From assembly GCA_028287115.1 (NCBI GenBank), contig JAQBQF010000343.1, positions 1,733-65,732 of the forward strand: 64,000 nt of DNA. The letters run 5' to 3'. The notes beneath the pieces were generated by a model, which saw nothing but the letters and a program-made list of their open reading frames with translations, was not told the DNA's origin and made no database searches. This DNA is from Myxococcales bacterium. Lineage in GTDB: Bacteria > Myxococcota_A > Polyangia > Haliangiales > Haliangiaceae. A program made the position numbers and the translations under genes. Below are positions 27,957-37,873 of this stretch, in pieces. The number at the start of each line of letters is the position of its first letter. The first letter of the stretch is position 1.

Positions 27957-28571
27957 TTAGCGACGACTCGGCAGGCGATATTCCGATGCCCATGCCGGTC
28001 TGAACATCAGCGCGATCCGAGGCCCGGCGAGCGCGACCTTGGGAATGGCGTGACGCCACGTGCGCTGACACGTCCCGCCCATCACGACCAGGTCGCCGCG
28101 ACCGAGCGCGAACGAGACCGAGCTCCCGCCTTCGGTCGGCTTCATCAGGAACTTGCGAGGCTCGCCGAGCGACACCGTCGCGACGCGCGCCTCGAGCATG
28201 TCGCGGGCGGTCGTATCGCCGTGAAACGCGACGCTGTCGCTGCCGTTGCGATACAGCGCCGCAGTCACGTAGACAAACTCTTCCGCGTAGTGCGCCGAGA
28301 TCGCCTGGCGCATGCCTTCGATCACCGCGTGATCCGCCGGCACGTGCGCGAGGAGCCGCGGCACATCGACCACGCGATCGTACATGTGCATCGTCTCGTG
28401 TCGCCATCCGAGCGTCTGCTCGAGCTCGTCGAACAGTGCATCATGCCCCTGGACCCAACCGGGGACGTGATCGATCCACGCGCCTTGCGCGAGCGTGGTC
28501 CGGCGCAGCGCGCGAAACTCCGCGTCGAACGCCGGAGCGCCCGTCGCGAACAGATCGAGCTGACGCAGCAC
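27957..28571 (-). CDS. alkB: 2OG/Fe(II)-dependent DNA/RNA demethylase AlkB
   Basis: HxD in VAFHGDT, distal His in WRHAIP, and RIALMFR. Confidence 0.85.
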   Translation of the reverse strand: MLRQLDLFATGAPAFDAEFRALRRTTLAQGAWIDHVPGWVQGHDALFDELEQTLGWRHETMHMYDRVVDVPRLLAHVPADHAVIEGMRQAISAHYAEEFVYVTAALYRNGSDSVAFHGDTTARDMLEARVATVSLGEPRKFLMKPTEGGSSVSFALGRGDLVVMGGTCQRTWRHAIPKVALAGPRIALMFRPAWASEYRLPSRR

Positions 28572-28587
28572 GCGGTAGGCTTAGCGC

Positions 28588-28998
28588 ATGGCCGGTTATT
28601 CGGGGACTCCCTTGCCGCAGAAGCTCGGGATCAAGGAACAGCATAAGGTCGCGATTCTCGGAGCACCGGCCGACTTCGACGATGTCCTCGGAACCCTACC
28701 GACGGGCGCGATCGTCGAGCGCCGGCTTGTCGGTAAGGCGCCGCTCGACGTGATCATCGTGTTCGTGAAGAAGCGGTCGGACCTGGTCGATCGGATCAGC
28801 GAGAGCCGGCCCCGGATGACACCCGCGGCCGGGCTGTGGATCGCGTGGCCCAAGAAGTCCTCGGGGGTCGCGACCGACATCACCGAGAACACGATCCGCG
28901 AGGTCGCCCTGCCGACCGGGCTCGTCGACAACAAGGTGTGCGCGATCGACGAGACGTGGTCCGGGCTGCGGCTGGTTATCCGCCGCGAGCTTCGGTGA
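28588..28998 (+). CDS. DUF3052-like protein
   Basis: MAGYSGTPLPQKLGIKEQHKVAILGAP...GLWIAWPKKSS matches my memory of the DUF3052 family. Confidence 0.7.
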   Translation: MAGYSGTPLPQKLGIKEQHKVAILGAPADFDDVLGTLPTGAIVERRLVGKAPLDVIIVFVKKRSDLVDRISESRPRMTPAAGLWIAWPKKSSGVATDITENTIREVALPTGLVDNKVCAIDETWSGLRLVIRRELR

Positions 28999-29668
28999 CC
29001 CGCCGCGCCTGCGCGAACACGGCATCGAGCATCGGCTCGGTGAGCCTGCCGGTGAACGTGTTCTGCTGGCTGACGTGATACGAGCCGAGCAGCGTGTAGG
29101 GGCCGACTCGTGCGCGCGCCGCATGCCCGAACCGAGGCCGCGGCTTCGGCGTCTCGTGCCCGAGCGAGCGCAACGCGCGCAGCACGCCGTCCCAGGCGAA
29201 CGCGCCGAGTGCGACGATCGCGCGGGCTCGAGTTAGCAGCTCGAGCTCGCGTGCCAGGAAGCCGACGCACAGATCGCGCTCGCGTGGCGACGGCTTGTTA
29301 TCAGGTGGGGCACACCGCACGACGATCGACACGTATGCATCCGTCAGGCGAAGCCCATCATCGAGGCCGATCGATGCGGCCTGATTCGCCCAACCACCGC
29401 GATGCAGCGCACCGTAGAGCCAGTCGCCCGACCGATCGCCGGTGAACACACGACCCGTGCGATTACCGCCGTGTGCAGCGGGCGCGAGGCCGACGACGAC
29501 GAGCTGCGCCGACGGATCCCCAAAGCCCGTGACGGGCTTGGCCCAGTAGCGCGCGTTCGCGAAGCGCGCCGGTTTGTCGATCGCCGCGGCTTCGCGACAC
29601 CGTACGAGCCGCTTGCACCTGCGGCACGTCGTGATGTCCGCGCTCAGCTGTGCAAGGGCGCCGGTCAT
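28976..29668 (-). CDS. uracil-DNA glycosylase, family 5 (UdgB)-like, Fe-S type
   Basis: N-terminal Cys cluster CRRCKRLVRC. Motif VVVGLAPAAHGGNRTGRVFTGD (GLAPA rather than the family-4 GEAPG). C-terminal HVSQQN. Confidence 0.8.
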   Translation of the reverse strand: MTGALAQLSADITTCRRCKRLVRCREAAAIDKPARFANARYWAKPVTGFGDPSAQLVVVGLAPAAHGGNRTGRVFTGDRSGDWLYGALHRGGWANQAASIGLDDGLRLTDAYVSIVVRCAPPDNKPSPRERDLCVGFLARELELLTRARAIVALGAFAWDGVLRALRSLGHETPKPRPRFGHAARARVGPYTLLGSYHVSQQNTFTGRLTEPMLDAVFAQARRVTEARGG

Positions 29669-29801
29669 GTCCTGCGATCTTTACACCACGGATGCGGCCT
29701 AAGACGCGGTGCGACAGTTTCGCGAATGTCGCACGCAGCATGTGACAGGGCTTGAGCGGCGCAGCGTGTCGCGCGTGCGCGGCTTCCTCTACGTAGGAAG
29801 C

Positions 29802-32800
29802 ATGGGGAAACGAGCTCTGGCGATCACGATGCTGTTCTTGTTCGGGGTGGCGAGCCACGCACACGCGCAATCGCTGACGACCGGCGCCATTCAAGGTGTC
29901 GTCAGAGATAGCGGCACCAACGAGCCGCTTGCCGGGGTCACCGTCGTCGCGATCTCCGCCGGGTCGTCGCCGCAGAACGCGATCACCGAAGCGGACGGCT
30001 CGTACAAGATCAGCGAGCTCTTGCCCGGCACCTATCTGATCACGTTCTATTACGACACCTTCACGCTCGAACACGGAGGCGTCGAGGTCGGCGTCGACGC
30101 GGTCACGCACGTGCATCAGAAGATGACGCTCGGCGGCCCGAACGTGATCCACGTCGACGGCACGCCCCCGCCGATCCGCACGACCTCGACTTCCCATCAG
30201 ATCACGATGGGTCGCAAGGAGCTCGAGAGCTTGCCGATCCAAGGCCCGACGTTCACCTCTGCGCTCGGCTCGATCGGTGGCTCGCAGAATGACGGTGTCG
30301 GCACCGCGTTCTCGGGCAGCACCTCTCTCGAGAACCGCTACATCGTCGACGGGATCGACATCACCGGCCTGACGTACGGCGACGTCGGCACGCCGGTGCT
30401 CAACGAGTTCATTCAAGAGATGGAGGTTGTCACCGGCGGCTACAACGCTGAGTACGGGCGCTCGACCGGCGGCATCGTCAACATCGTGACGCGCAGTGGA
30501 ACGGACGAGCTCCGCGGATCGATCTTCGGCACGTTGACACCGGGCTTTCTGACCGCCGCGACCAAGAGGACGCCGGTCAACGCGTCGTCGATCGACATCA
30601 CCGCGAATCGCGCCTACGCCGGCGACATCGGCTTCGAGCTCGGCGGACCGATCATCGTTGGCAAGGCGTGGTTCTACGCCGGCGTTGCGCCGCGGTTGTC
30701 GCGCACCGACTACACCCGAACGACGAAGCGCCAGACCGATTGCCGGAAGACGCTCGCGAATGGCGAGCTGTCGAATTGCGTCCAGGCCAACGCCGACGGC
30801 GCACCCGACATCGATCCGAAGACCGGCTTCTTCTTGACCGATGCGATCGACACCGACGTGCGCAGCGATCTTTCGCGCTCGTACTCGATGCTCGGCAAGG
30901 TAACGCTCGCACCGACCGCTCGCGATCAAGCGCAGCTCAGCCTGATCGCCGTGCCGTCCTCGGGAGAGTCTCCCGGGTTACTCGGGCTTCCAACCTCGGG
31001 AACACGCACTTCGGGCCTCACGACCGATGCGGCGGCGCGCTGGACCTCGAAGCTCGCGGGCGGCAAGACCGAGCTCGAAGCCGTGCTTGCCTGGCATCGC
31101 TCGACGCTCGAGACCGGCTCGCTCGATCCGACACTCGATTCGCAACCGCTGCAGATCCTCACCGGTGGCAACCTCGGCACGTGGAGTGCCCTCGGTGGCG
31201 AATCCGCGGAGACCGCCCGCCAATGCATGGATGGCGGCGCGACCGATCCGTATCCCAACATCACGAACTGTCCGATGAGCTCGCAGTCGTACGCGGTCGG
31301 CGGCCCGGGCTCGATCGTTCACGATCGCGAAGAGCGCCGGATGGCGAGGGTCGGCGTGATCGAGCGCGTTCGGGCAGCCGGCACTCACGAGATCAAAGCG
31401 GGTCTCGACGTCGAAGCCGACAGCAAAGATCGCGCGCGCCTGTACTCCGGTGGCGCGTTCATCCAGAACTTCGTCGACAGCTCGGTGATCGTCAATCGCT
31501 GGGTCAAGCTCGCAGGTCCCGGCGAGACCGACCCTCGCTTCGATCGAACCTGCACGACACCGGCGCCCGGCACAGGCGTGGGCATGTCGAGCCAGATGGT
31601 TCGCTGCGAGTATATCGGCGGCACGGTCGGTGCACCCGATACGCAGATCGGCGGCTCGACGCTGAACTGGGCCGCCTATCTCCGCGATTCGTGGCAGCTC
31701 CTTTCGAATCTGACGGTCAACGCGGGCGTGCGTTACGAAGAGCAGCGGCTGCGTTACGCGGATGCGCTGCGCAACACGAAGGACGCGCTGACCGGCGAGC
31801 AGTTCGGCACCAATGCGATGACGCTCCAAGGCAACTTCGCACCGCGCTTCGGCGTGATCTACGATCCGACCCGCGAAGGTCGCTCGAAGATCTACGCGCA
31901 CTGGGGTCGGTTCTACGAATCGGTCCCGATGGACATCAATGATCGATCGTTCGGCGGCGAAGTCAGTAGCGTCCAGACCTTCGCGGCGACGTCATGCGGG
32001 CCGACCGATCCGAAGATCGGAGGTCCGGACGGTGTCGGGTGTCTGTCGAAGACGGATCCGACGACCGAGCGCTTGATCGGCTCCAAGGGTGTGCTCGTCG
32101 CGCCCGGCATTCAGGCCGAGTACATGGACGAGATCATGGCAGGTGCCGAGGTCGCCGTGACCCCCGAGGTCGTGTTCGGCGTGACGTTCCAGCATCGCCG
32201 GCTCGGCCGCGTGATCGAGGACATCTCGACCGATGGTGCGAACACCTACGTGATCGCGAATCCCGGAGAGTGGTCGCAAGACTCCGAACGCCAGCTCGCA
32301 CAACGCGTCGCGATGACGACCGACAAGCTCGAGCACGCGCGCCTGCAGCAGCAGCTCGACATGTTTCGCGGGATTCGCGCGTTCGACAAACCGACGCGCG
32401 ACTACGACGCCCTCGAGCTGTCCGTCGGCCGCAAGTTCGCGAAGGGCCTCTACGTCCAGGCCTCTTATACGTACTCGCGCGCCGAAGGAAATTATCCGGG
32501 CAGCGTGTCCTACGATAACGGGCAGCTCGATCCGAACATCTCGTCGCAGTACGACCTGATCGAGCTCCTCGCCAATCGCCAGGGCCCGTTGCCGCAAGAT
32601 CGCCCGCATTCGCTCAAGGTCGACGCGTACGACAGCTTCGAGGTTGGTGGCGGAAAGCTGACGCTCGGCGGAAAGATCCGGGCGATCTCTGGCATTCCCG
32701 AGAATGCGCTCGGTGCGCACTATCTCTACGGCGCATCGGAGTCGTTCCTGCTGCCCCGCGGTCAGCTCGGGCGAACCGAATTCGAGCACGGCATCGATCT

Positions 32801-33113
32801 CCATGTCGCCTACGGACACCGCCTGAGCCACCGGACCGCCGCCGAGCTCTACATCGACGTGTTCAACATCTACAATCGGCAGGGCACGTTCAACGTCGAT
32901 GACACGTACGCGCCGTCGGTTCGTCACGGCGGCGGCGTCAACAACGTCAATCCGATCTCGGGCGGTACGTACGATGACTTGATCTGGGCCAAGACGATCG
33001 ACGCGACCGGAGCCGAGAGCGCGATCCCGACCGCGCGGAATCCAAACTTTCATCGTCCAACGTCACGCTACGCAGGCGCGTCTGCGCAGGTGGGCTTCCG
33101 CGTCACGTTTTGA
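29802..33113 (+). CDS. Oar-like TonB-dependent outer-membrane protein with an N-terminal CarboxypepD_reg domain
   Basis: ATG 29802 after AGGAAG. Signal peptide ending SHAHAQ. GAIQGVVRDSGTNEPLAGVTVVA is CarboxypepD_reg-like. About 1100 aa of beta-barrel-like sequence ends in an aromatic residue (RVTF). Confidence 0.85.
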   Translation: MGKRALAITMLFLFGVASHAHAQSLTTGAIQGVVRDSGTNEPLAGVTVVAISAGSSPQNAITEADGSYKISELLPGTYLITFYYDTFTLEHGGVEVGVDAVTHVHQKMTLGGPNVIHVDGTPPPIRTTSTSHQITMGRKELESLPIQGPTFTSALGSIGGSQNDGVGTAFSGSTSLENRYIVDGIDITGLTYGDVGTPVLNEFIQEMEVVTGGYNAEYGRSTGGIVNIVTRSGTDELRGSIFGTLTPGFLTAATKRTPVNASSIDITANRAYAGDIGFELGGPIIVGKAWFYAGVAPRLSRTDYTRTTKRQTDCRKTLANGELSNCVQANADGAPDIDPKTGFFLTDAIDTDVRSDLSRSYSMLGKVTLAPTARDQAQLSLIAVPSSGESPGLLGLPTSGTRTSGLTTDAAARWTSKLAGGKTELEAVLAWHRSTLETGSLDPTLDSQPLQILTGGNLGTWSALGGESAETARQCMDGGATDPYPNITNCPMSSQSYAVGGPGSIVHDREERRMARVGVIERVRAAGTHEIKAGLDVEADSKDRARLYSGGAFIQNFVDSSVIVNRWVKLAGPGETDPRFDRTCTTPAPGTGVGMSSQMVRCEYIGGTVGAPDTQIGGSTLNWAAYLRDSWQLLSNLTVNAGVRYEEQRLRYADALRNTKDALTGEQFGTNAMTLQGNFAPRFGVIYDPTREGRSKIYAHWGRFYESVPMDINDRSFGGEVSSVQTFAATSCGPTDPKIGGPDGVGCLSKTDPTTERLIGSKGVLVAPGIQAEYMDEIMAGAEVAVTPEVVFGVTFQHRRLGRVIEDISTDGANTYVIANPGEWSQDSERQLAQRVAMTTDKLEHARLQQQLDMFRGIRAFDKPTRDYDALELSVGRKFAKGLYVQASYTYSRAEGNYPGSVSYDNGQLDPNISSQYDLIELLANRQGPLPQDRPHSLKVDAYDSFEVGGGKLTLGGKIRAISGIPENALGAHYLYGASESFLLPRGQLGRTEFEHGIDLHVAYGHRLSHRTAAELYIDVFNIYNRQGTFNVDDTYAPSVRHGGGVNNVNPISGGTYDDLIWAKTIDATGAESAIPTARNPNFHRPTSRYAGASAQVGFRVTF

Positions 33114-33207
33114 CGGATCCGCACAGCACATCGGCGTTCGGAAGCCCGGTTTTGCCGGCATGCCGCCGCGCCTTCGCCCGGTACGGGACTTGCTGAGATG
33201 CTGCCCG

Positions 33208-34515
33208 ATGAGACCCATACGGAAGATCGTCGTCCTCGGAGCGAATGGTGCGATGGGCTCGGGATCCGGAGCCGTGTTTGCTTCGTCCGAGCTCCAGACA
33301 ACGTTCCTCGCGCGCACGCTCGAAAAGGCAGAGGCTGGCCGCACGCGCGCCGAACAGCTCGCGAAAGGCAAGATCGCTCCAGGCTCGATCGCCATTGGAA
33401 CGTACGAGGCGGATCTCGCCCGGTGCGTCGCGGAAGCCGACCTCGTGTTCGAAGCGGTCTCGGAGGACATCGCGTGCAAGCGCCAGATGTTCGCGATGAT
33501 CGACAATGCGATGGCGGTCGATACGATCGTCGCGACCGTGTCGTCGGGTCTCTCGATCTCCGCGATGTGCACCGGACGCAGCGAAGAATTTCGGCGCCAG
33601 TTCTTGGGCGTCCATCTGTTCAACCCACCGACCGCGATCACCGGCTGCGAGCTCATCCCGCATGCCGAAACCGACTTGCAGGTCACGAGCGCGGTTCGCG
33701 AGCTCCTGACCGCCGTGCTCGGCCGCGCAGTCGTCGAATGCGCCGACACGCCGGCCTTCGCTGGGAATCGGATCGGCTTCAAGCTGCTGAACGAGGTCGC
33801 GCAGCTCGCGGAAGAGCACGGCGTCGCGTACATGGATCAGCTCGTCGGCTCGCACACCGGCCGCTCGCTCGCCCCGCTCGCGACGATCGATCTCGTCGGC
33901 TGGGATGTTCACAAGGCGATCGTCGATAACCTGTACGACAACACGAACGACGAGGCGCACGCCACGTTCCAGCTGCCCGCGTACATGCAGCGAGGAATCG
34001 ATGCCGGTCACCTCGGCCGCAAGACGCGTGACAAGGGAGGGTTTTTCCGTGTGGAAGGCAAAGGTCCAGCCGCTGTGCACTTCGTGCTCGATCCGGTCAC
34101 GCGCGATTACAAGCCGCTCGCGTCGGTCATGCCGCCGATGCCGACGTTCATCGAGAAGATGAAGCACGAGATTCGCGCCGGTCGCCATCCGGAGGCGCTC
34201 GAGGCCCTCTGCCAGGCGGAGGGCAAGGATGCGCAGATCCTGCGTCGTGTCATGTTTGGATATGTCAGCTACGCGCTCGGGCGCGTCGGTGAAGTCGTCG
34301 AGAGCCCGCGCGATGTCGATCGGATCATGGGATTTGGTTTCCTCTGGGCTCCACCGAGCCTGCTCGTCGACAGCATTGGCGCCAAAAGGACGATCCAGAT
34401 CTTGGAAGATCTCGAGCTCGCGATCCCCGGCGTCATTCTGGAAGCAGCGAGCCAGGGACGGCCCTTGTTCGATGATCCGGCGCTCGAGCCGAGCCGGTTC
34501 TTCATCGCTGCCTAG
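33208..34515 (+). CDS. 3-hydroxyacyl-CoA dehydrogenase family protein
   Basis: NAD-binding VVLGANGAMGSGSG, then GVHLFNPP and the C-terminal dimerisation domain. Confidence 0.8.
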   Translation: MRPIRKIVVLGANGAMGSGSGAVFASSELQTTFLARTLEKAEAGRTRAEQLAKGKIAPGSIAIGTYEADLARCVAEADLVFEAVSEDIACKRQMFAMIDNAMAVDTIVATVSSGLSISAMCTGRSEEFRRQFLGVHLFNPPTAITGCELIPHAETDLQVTSAVRELLTAVLGRAVVECADTPAFAGNRIGFKLLNEVAQLAEEHGVAYMDQLVGSHTGRSLAPLATIDLVGWDVHKAIVDNLYDNTNDEAHATFQLPAYMQRGIDAGHLGRKTRDKGGFFRVEGKGPAAVHFVLDPVTRDYKPLASVMPPMPTFIEKMKHEIRAGRHPEALEALCQAEGKDAQILRRVMFGYVSYALGRVGEVVESPRDVDRIMGFGFLWAPPSLLVDSIGAKRTIQILEDLELAIPGVILEAASQGRPLFDDPALEPSRFFIAA

Positions 34516-34698
34516 CTGTGCAACGATCGACGCGGACAGTGACGGCGCAAAAATATCGCTGACAGGCGAATCGTTGGTGCCGCGTTTTGCGGCAGGACTA
34601 GAAAAAAACTTCGCTCCTGTTTCCGCGCATTAATGCTTGGTGTTTTTCGTTCCAACTCTTGCCTCTATCTCCTGTCGGATCTACGTCTACGCATCGTC

Positions 34699-35343
34699 GT
34701 GGAGCACAAGGTCCAGGTTGCGGTTGTCGACGATCACCCGCTGTTTCGTGCGGGCCTCGCGGTCGCGATCCAACGTGAGGTGGGGTTCGAGGTCGTCGGC
34801 GAAGCGGGTGACGCGATGCAAGCGCGCACTCTCGCGAGGACGACGGTACTCGACGTTGCCGTGCTCGACGTCCTGTTGCCGAAGGTCAGCGGGATCTCGC
34901 TCGCGGCGGATATCCTCGATGCGCAGCCGAATTGTCGAATCCTCGCGCTGTCGACCGTCGACGAGCCCGTCGTGATCGCAGGCATGCTGCGAGCCGGCGC
35001 GAGCGGCTACGCGCTGAAGACGCAAGGAACGTCCGAGATCGTCGAAGCGATCCGGACCGTGCTCGGAGGCGTGCGGTACCTGCCACCACATGTGTCGCCG
35101 ACTGCGATCGATGATCAGTTGCGCGCCGATCCCGATCGGCCCTTCGAGCGGTTGACGCCTCGCGAGCGCGAGATCTTCGATCTGCTGATCCGCGGTCACT
35201 CGAACGACGAGATCAGCGAGCTCCTGTTCATCGCGCGACGCACGGTCGAGACGCACCGGTTGCGGATCATGAACAAGCTCTCGGCGCGATCGATCGTCGA
35301 GATGATCCGGCTCGCCGCACGCAACGGGACGCTGCACGAGTGA
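34699..35343 (+). CDS. NarL/FixJ (LuxR-type) response regulator
   Basis: REC domain (VAVVDDHPLF, VAVLDVLLP) plus LuxR HTH (LTPREREIFDLLIRGHSNDEISELLFIARRTVETH). GTG 34699 chosen as start. Confidence 0.9.
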   Translation: MEHKVQVAVVDDHPLFRAGLAVAIQREVGFEVVGEAGDAMQARTLARTTVLDVAVLDVLLPKVSGISLAADILDAQPNCRILALSTVDEPVVIAGMLRAGASGYALKTQGTSEIVEAIRTVLGGVRYLPPHVSPTAIDDQLRADPDRPFERLTPREREIFDLLIRGHSNDEISELLFIARRTVETHRLRIMNKLSARSIVEMIRLAARNGTLHE

Positions 35344-36884
35344 CGCCCGGCGCAATGGCCGTGTTCGTGGGTCCTACACACGACCTCGAACACGCCAATG
35401 ACCGCTGGCGAACCGCGACCGGACTACCGGCGCACGAGGAGCTTCGGAAGTACATCGCGCAGGTCTATCAGTCCGGCGCTCCGATCCAGCTCGCAACGCT
35501 CGGTGCGCATCCCACGAGGCCCGGCCTCGAAGCCCACTGCGTCGCGACGTTGGATCCAGTGCACGGCTGCTTCGGCACGGTCATCGGTGTGGTCGTCACC
35601 TGTACGAGTATGGCCGGCGAGGTACATCCAGAAGACACGAGACGTTGCGGCGATCTCGACGCGCAGAAGCCAGGTCCCGCGATCGAAGCGAGACTGCGGG
35701 GTCCGGATGGGCAATGGCGGTGGCATCGCCTCCAGCTCGATCGCCATTGGCTCGTCGCGACCGACATCAATGACTCGCGAGGCGCCGATCTCAAGCGAGA
35801 TCACTATCTGTCGGTGGTGTGCCACGAGCTGCGCACACCACTGATGTCGATGATGCTGTGGGAGAGCGTGCTCGGCGATCCGTCGGCCGATCCCGATCTT
35901 CGTAAACGCGCGCTCGATGCAATTCACGATGGCGTCACCACACAGTCACGCATCCTTGGCGACATGCTCGATGTCTCGCGTGCCGCGAACAACAAGCTGT
36001 TCGTCGCTCACCATCCGGTCGCGGTCGAAGCGATCCTGCGCGATGCAATCGCCGCCGTCACTGCCGATGCGGATGCCAAGCACATTGCCGTGCAGACCGA
36101 GATCGGTGCGCTTGGAGAGGCGCGAGGCGACGCGCGGCGGATCAGGCAGATCTTCGACAATCTCATGTCGAACGCGATCAAGTTCACGGCTCCGGATGGA
36201 ACCGTGTCGATCCACGGACGCCGAGAGACCTCACAGGTCGTGATCGAGGTGAGAGATACCGGGTGCGGCATCTCCCTCGACTATCTCCCGCACGTGTTCG
36301 AGCCGTTCAGCCAGAGCGACGATGCGTTGGCTCGCCGAGAAGGTGGACTCGGCCTCGGCCTCGCGATCTCTGAACATCTCGCACGACTGCATCACGGCTC
36401 GCTCCGCGCGACCAGCGGCGGCGTGGGTCACGGAGCCACCTTCACGCTGACGATCCCCGCCGTGGATCCGTCGGAGCCGAGGACGGCGTCGACGCTGGCT
36501 CTGTCAGCCGCTCGCGTGCTGGTCATCGACGATGACGTCCACGTCCGCGACGCCTTGACGAGACTCCTCAGCCGGGTTGGCGCGAGCGTCGACAGCGTCG
36601 ACTCCGCCGAGGCGGCACGCACCGCGATCGCGGCTCGGCCACCGAACGTCGTGATCTGTGACATCGCGATGCGCGGCGAAGATGGGTACCACTTCGTGAC
36701 CTGGCTACGCGCGCGCGACGGCGACGAACGTGCGCTGCCCGCGATCGCGCTGAGCGCGTACGACCGCCGCGCCGATGTGGAACGAGCATATGAAGCCGGC
36801 TTCGACGTTTATTTGGTGAAGCCCATCAACATCGACACGCTCGTCACGAACATCGAAGCGCTGCTGCAATACACACGCGAATAA
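35340..36884 (+). CDS. hybrid sensor histidine kinase (PAS-like region, HisKA, HATPase_c, REC)
   Basis: H-box VVCHELRTPL, N-box NLMSNAIKFT and G-box GGLGLGLAIS. C-terminal REC (VLVIDDD...DIAMRGEDG). GTG 35340 overlaps the upstream TGA. Confidence 0.9.
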   Translation: MTPGAMAVFVGPTHDLEHANDRWRTATGLPAHEELRKYIAQVYQSGAPIQLATLGAHPTRPGLEAHCVATLDPVHGCFGTVIGVVVTCTSMAGEVHPEDTRRCGDLDAQKPGPAIEARLRGPDGQWRWHRLQLDRHWLVATDINDSRGADLKRDHYLSVVCHELRTPLMSMMLWESVLGDPSADPDLRKRALDAIHDGVTTQSRILGDMLDVSRAANNKLFVAHHPVAVEAILRDAIAAVTADADAKHIAVQTEIGALGEARGDARRIRQIFDNLMSNAIKFTAPDGTVSIHGRRETSQVVIEVRDTGCGISLDYLPHVFEPFSQSDDALARREGGLGLGLAISEHLARLHHGSLRATSGGVGHGATFTLTIPAVDPSEPRTASTLALSAARVLVIDDDVHVRDALTRLLSRVGASVDSVDSAEAARTAIAARPPNVVICDIAMRGEDGYHFVTWLRARDGDERALPAIALSAYDRRADVERAYEAGFDVYLVKPINIDTLVTNIEALLQYTRE

Positions 36885-37029
36885 TTCTTCTTGGTCTGAG
36901 AAGATTTCGTGGACCAGTGCAACCTGATTGGCCCACCGAATCCGGGTCGAACAATTGCGTAGATCCCCGCATAGCAACGCGATCCCAATCAACCATATGT
37001 GTCTCGCGAGCGCTCACAAGGAGATCTCG

Positions 37030-37749
37030 ATGGAAGGGTTGGTTTCCACCGTGCCTGCTAAGCGGAATCAGGAAGATGTTACGCACATCGTTCATGACCT
37101 TAAGAATCCTCTCGCCACGATCGCACTCGAGCTGTGCTTGCTCGATTGCCGACTCGCGGGGATGGCGACCGAGGAAGCGAAACGTGCGCTGTTGCGGATT
37201 ACCCAGAACGTCGAGTTCATGGATCGCTTGGTCCACGACTTGCTCGACCTCTCTCTGATCGATTCCGGGCACCTCGAAATCCATCGCCGATGGACCGAAA
37301 TTCGTTCGTTACTCGAAGACGTGCTCGATCGGAGCGTGTCATCGCGCGATCGCGGCCGCGTGTTCTTGGATGCGTCGATGCCCGTCACGCTTGCGGTGGA
37401 TGACATGCGGATCCAGCGCGTGGTCGCGAACTTGATCCAGAACGCGCTCAAGTACTCGCCTCCGAGCTCGGGCATCGTCGTCCGGCTGGAGCATCGAGAT
37501 GATCACGCCTGTATCTCGGTCACCGATGCGGGACCCGGTATCTCGCCGGCAGATGCCGCGACGGTGTTCGAGCAGTTCCGCCGTACGAGCGAAGCTCGCG
37601 CGAAGGAAGGAACGGGGCTCGGGCTGTACGTGAGCCGGAAGATCGTCGAAGCGCACGGCGGCCGGATCGGGGTCGACAGTGTGCGCGGTGCAGGCTCGCG
37701 GTTCTATTTCGAGCTCCCGCGTGACGCGGAGCCCGCCGGAAATCAGTAA
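37030..37749 (+). CDS. sensorless histidine kinase (DHp plus CA only, 239 aa)
   Basis: ATG 37030 lies 8 nt after AAGGAG. H-box IVHDLKNPL, then NLIQNALKYS and GTGLGLYVSRKIVEAHGG. No TM or sensor domain. Confidence 0.85.
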   Translation: MEGLVSTVPAKRNQEDVTHIVHDLKNPLATIALELCLLDCRLAGMATEEAKRALLRITQNVEFMDRLVHDLLDLSLIDSGHLEIHRRWTEIRSLLEDVLDRSVSSRDRGRVFLDASMPVTLAVDDMRIQRVVANLIQNALKYSPPSSGIVVRLEHRDDHACISVTDAGPGISPADAATVFEQFRRTSEARAKEGTGLGLYVSRKIVEAHGGRIGVDSVRGAGSRFYFELPRDAEPAGNQ

Positions 37750-37873
37750 CCGCAGATTTCAGCTTGTGTCTGCGTGACTTAGCCCACCGACGCGATCCCC
37801 AACGATGGGTACATTGTGATGGACCGCGGCGGGACCTTTATGGTCAAGTGCCTCGCCCTCACCAGGAGTATCC

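Noticed and set aside
34540-34698. Promoter calls (sigma-70 TTGCCT/TACGTC and a sigma-54-like TGGTGT-N5-GTTCC) in the AT-richer region upstream of the LuxR regulator.
   Set aside because: The hexamers are poor matches, and myxobacterial promoter consensus is not reliable enough to call by eye.
36886-36904. TCTTCT-tggtctg-AGAAGA hairpin followed by TTT, downstream of the hybrid kinase, as a terminator.
   Set aside because: The stem is only 6 bp and AT-rich, too weak to call in this genome.
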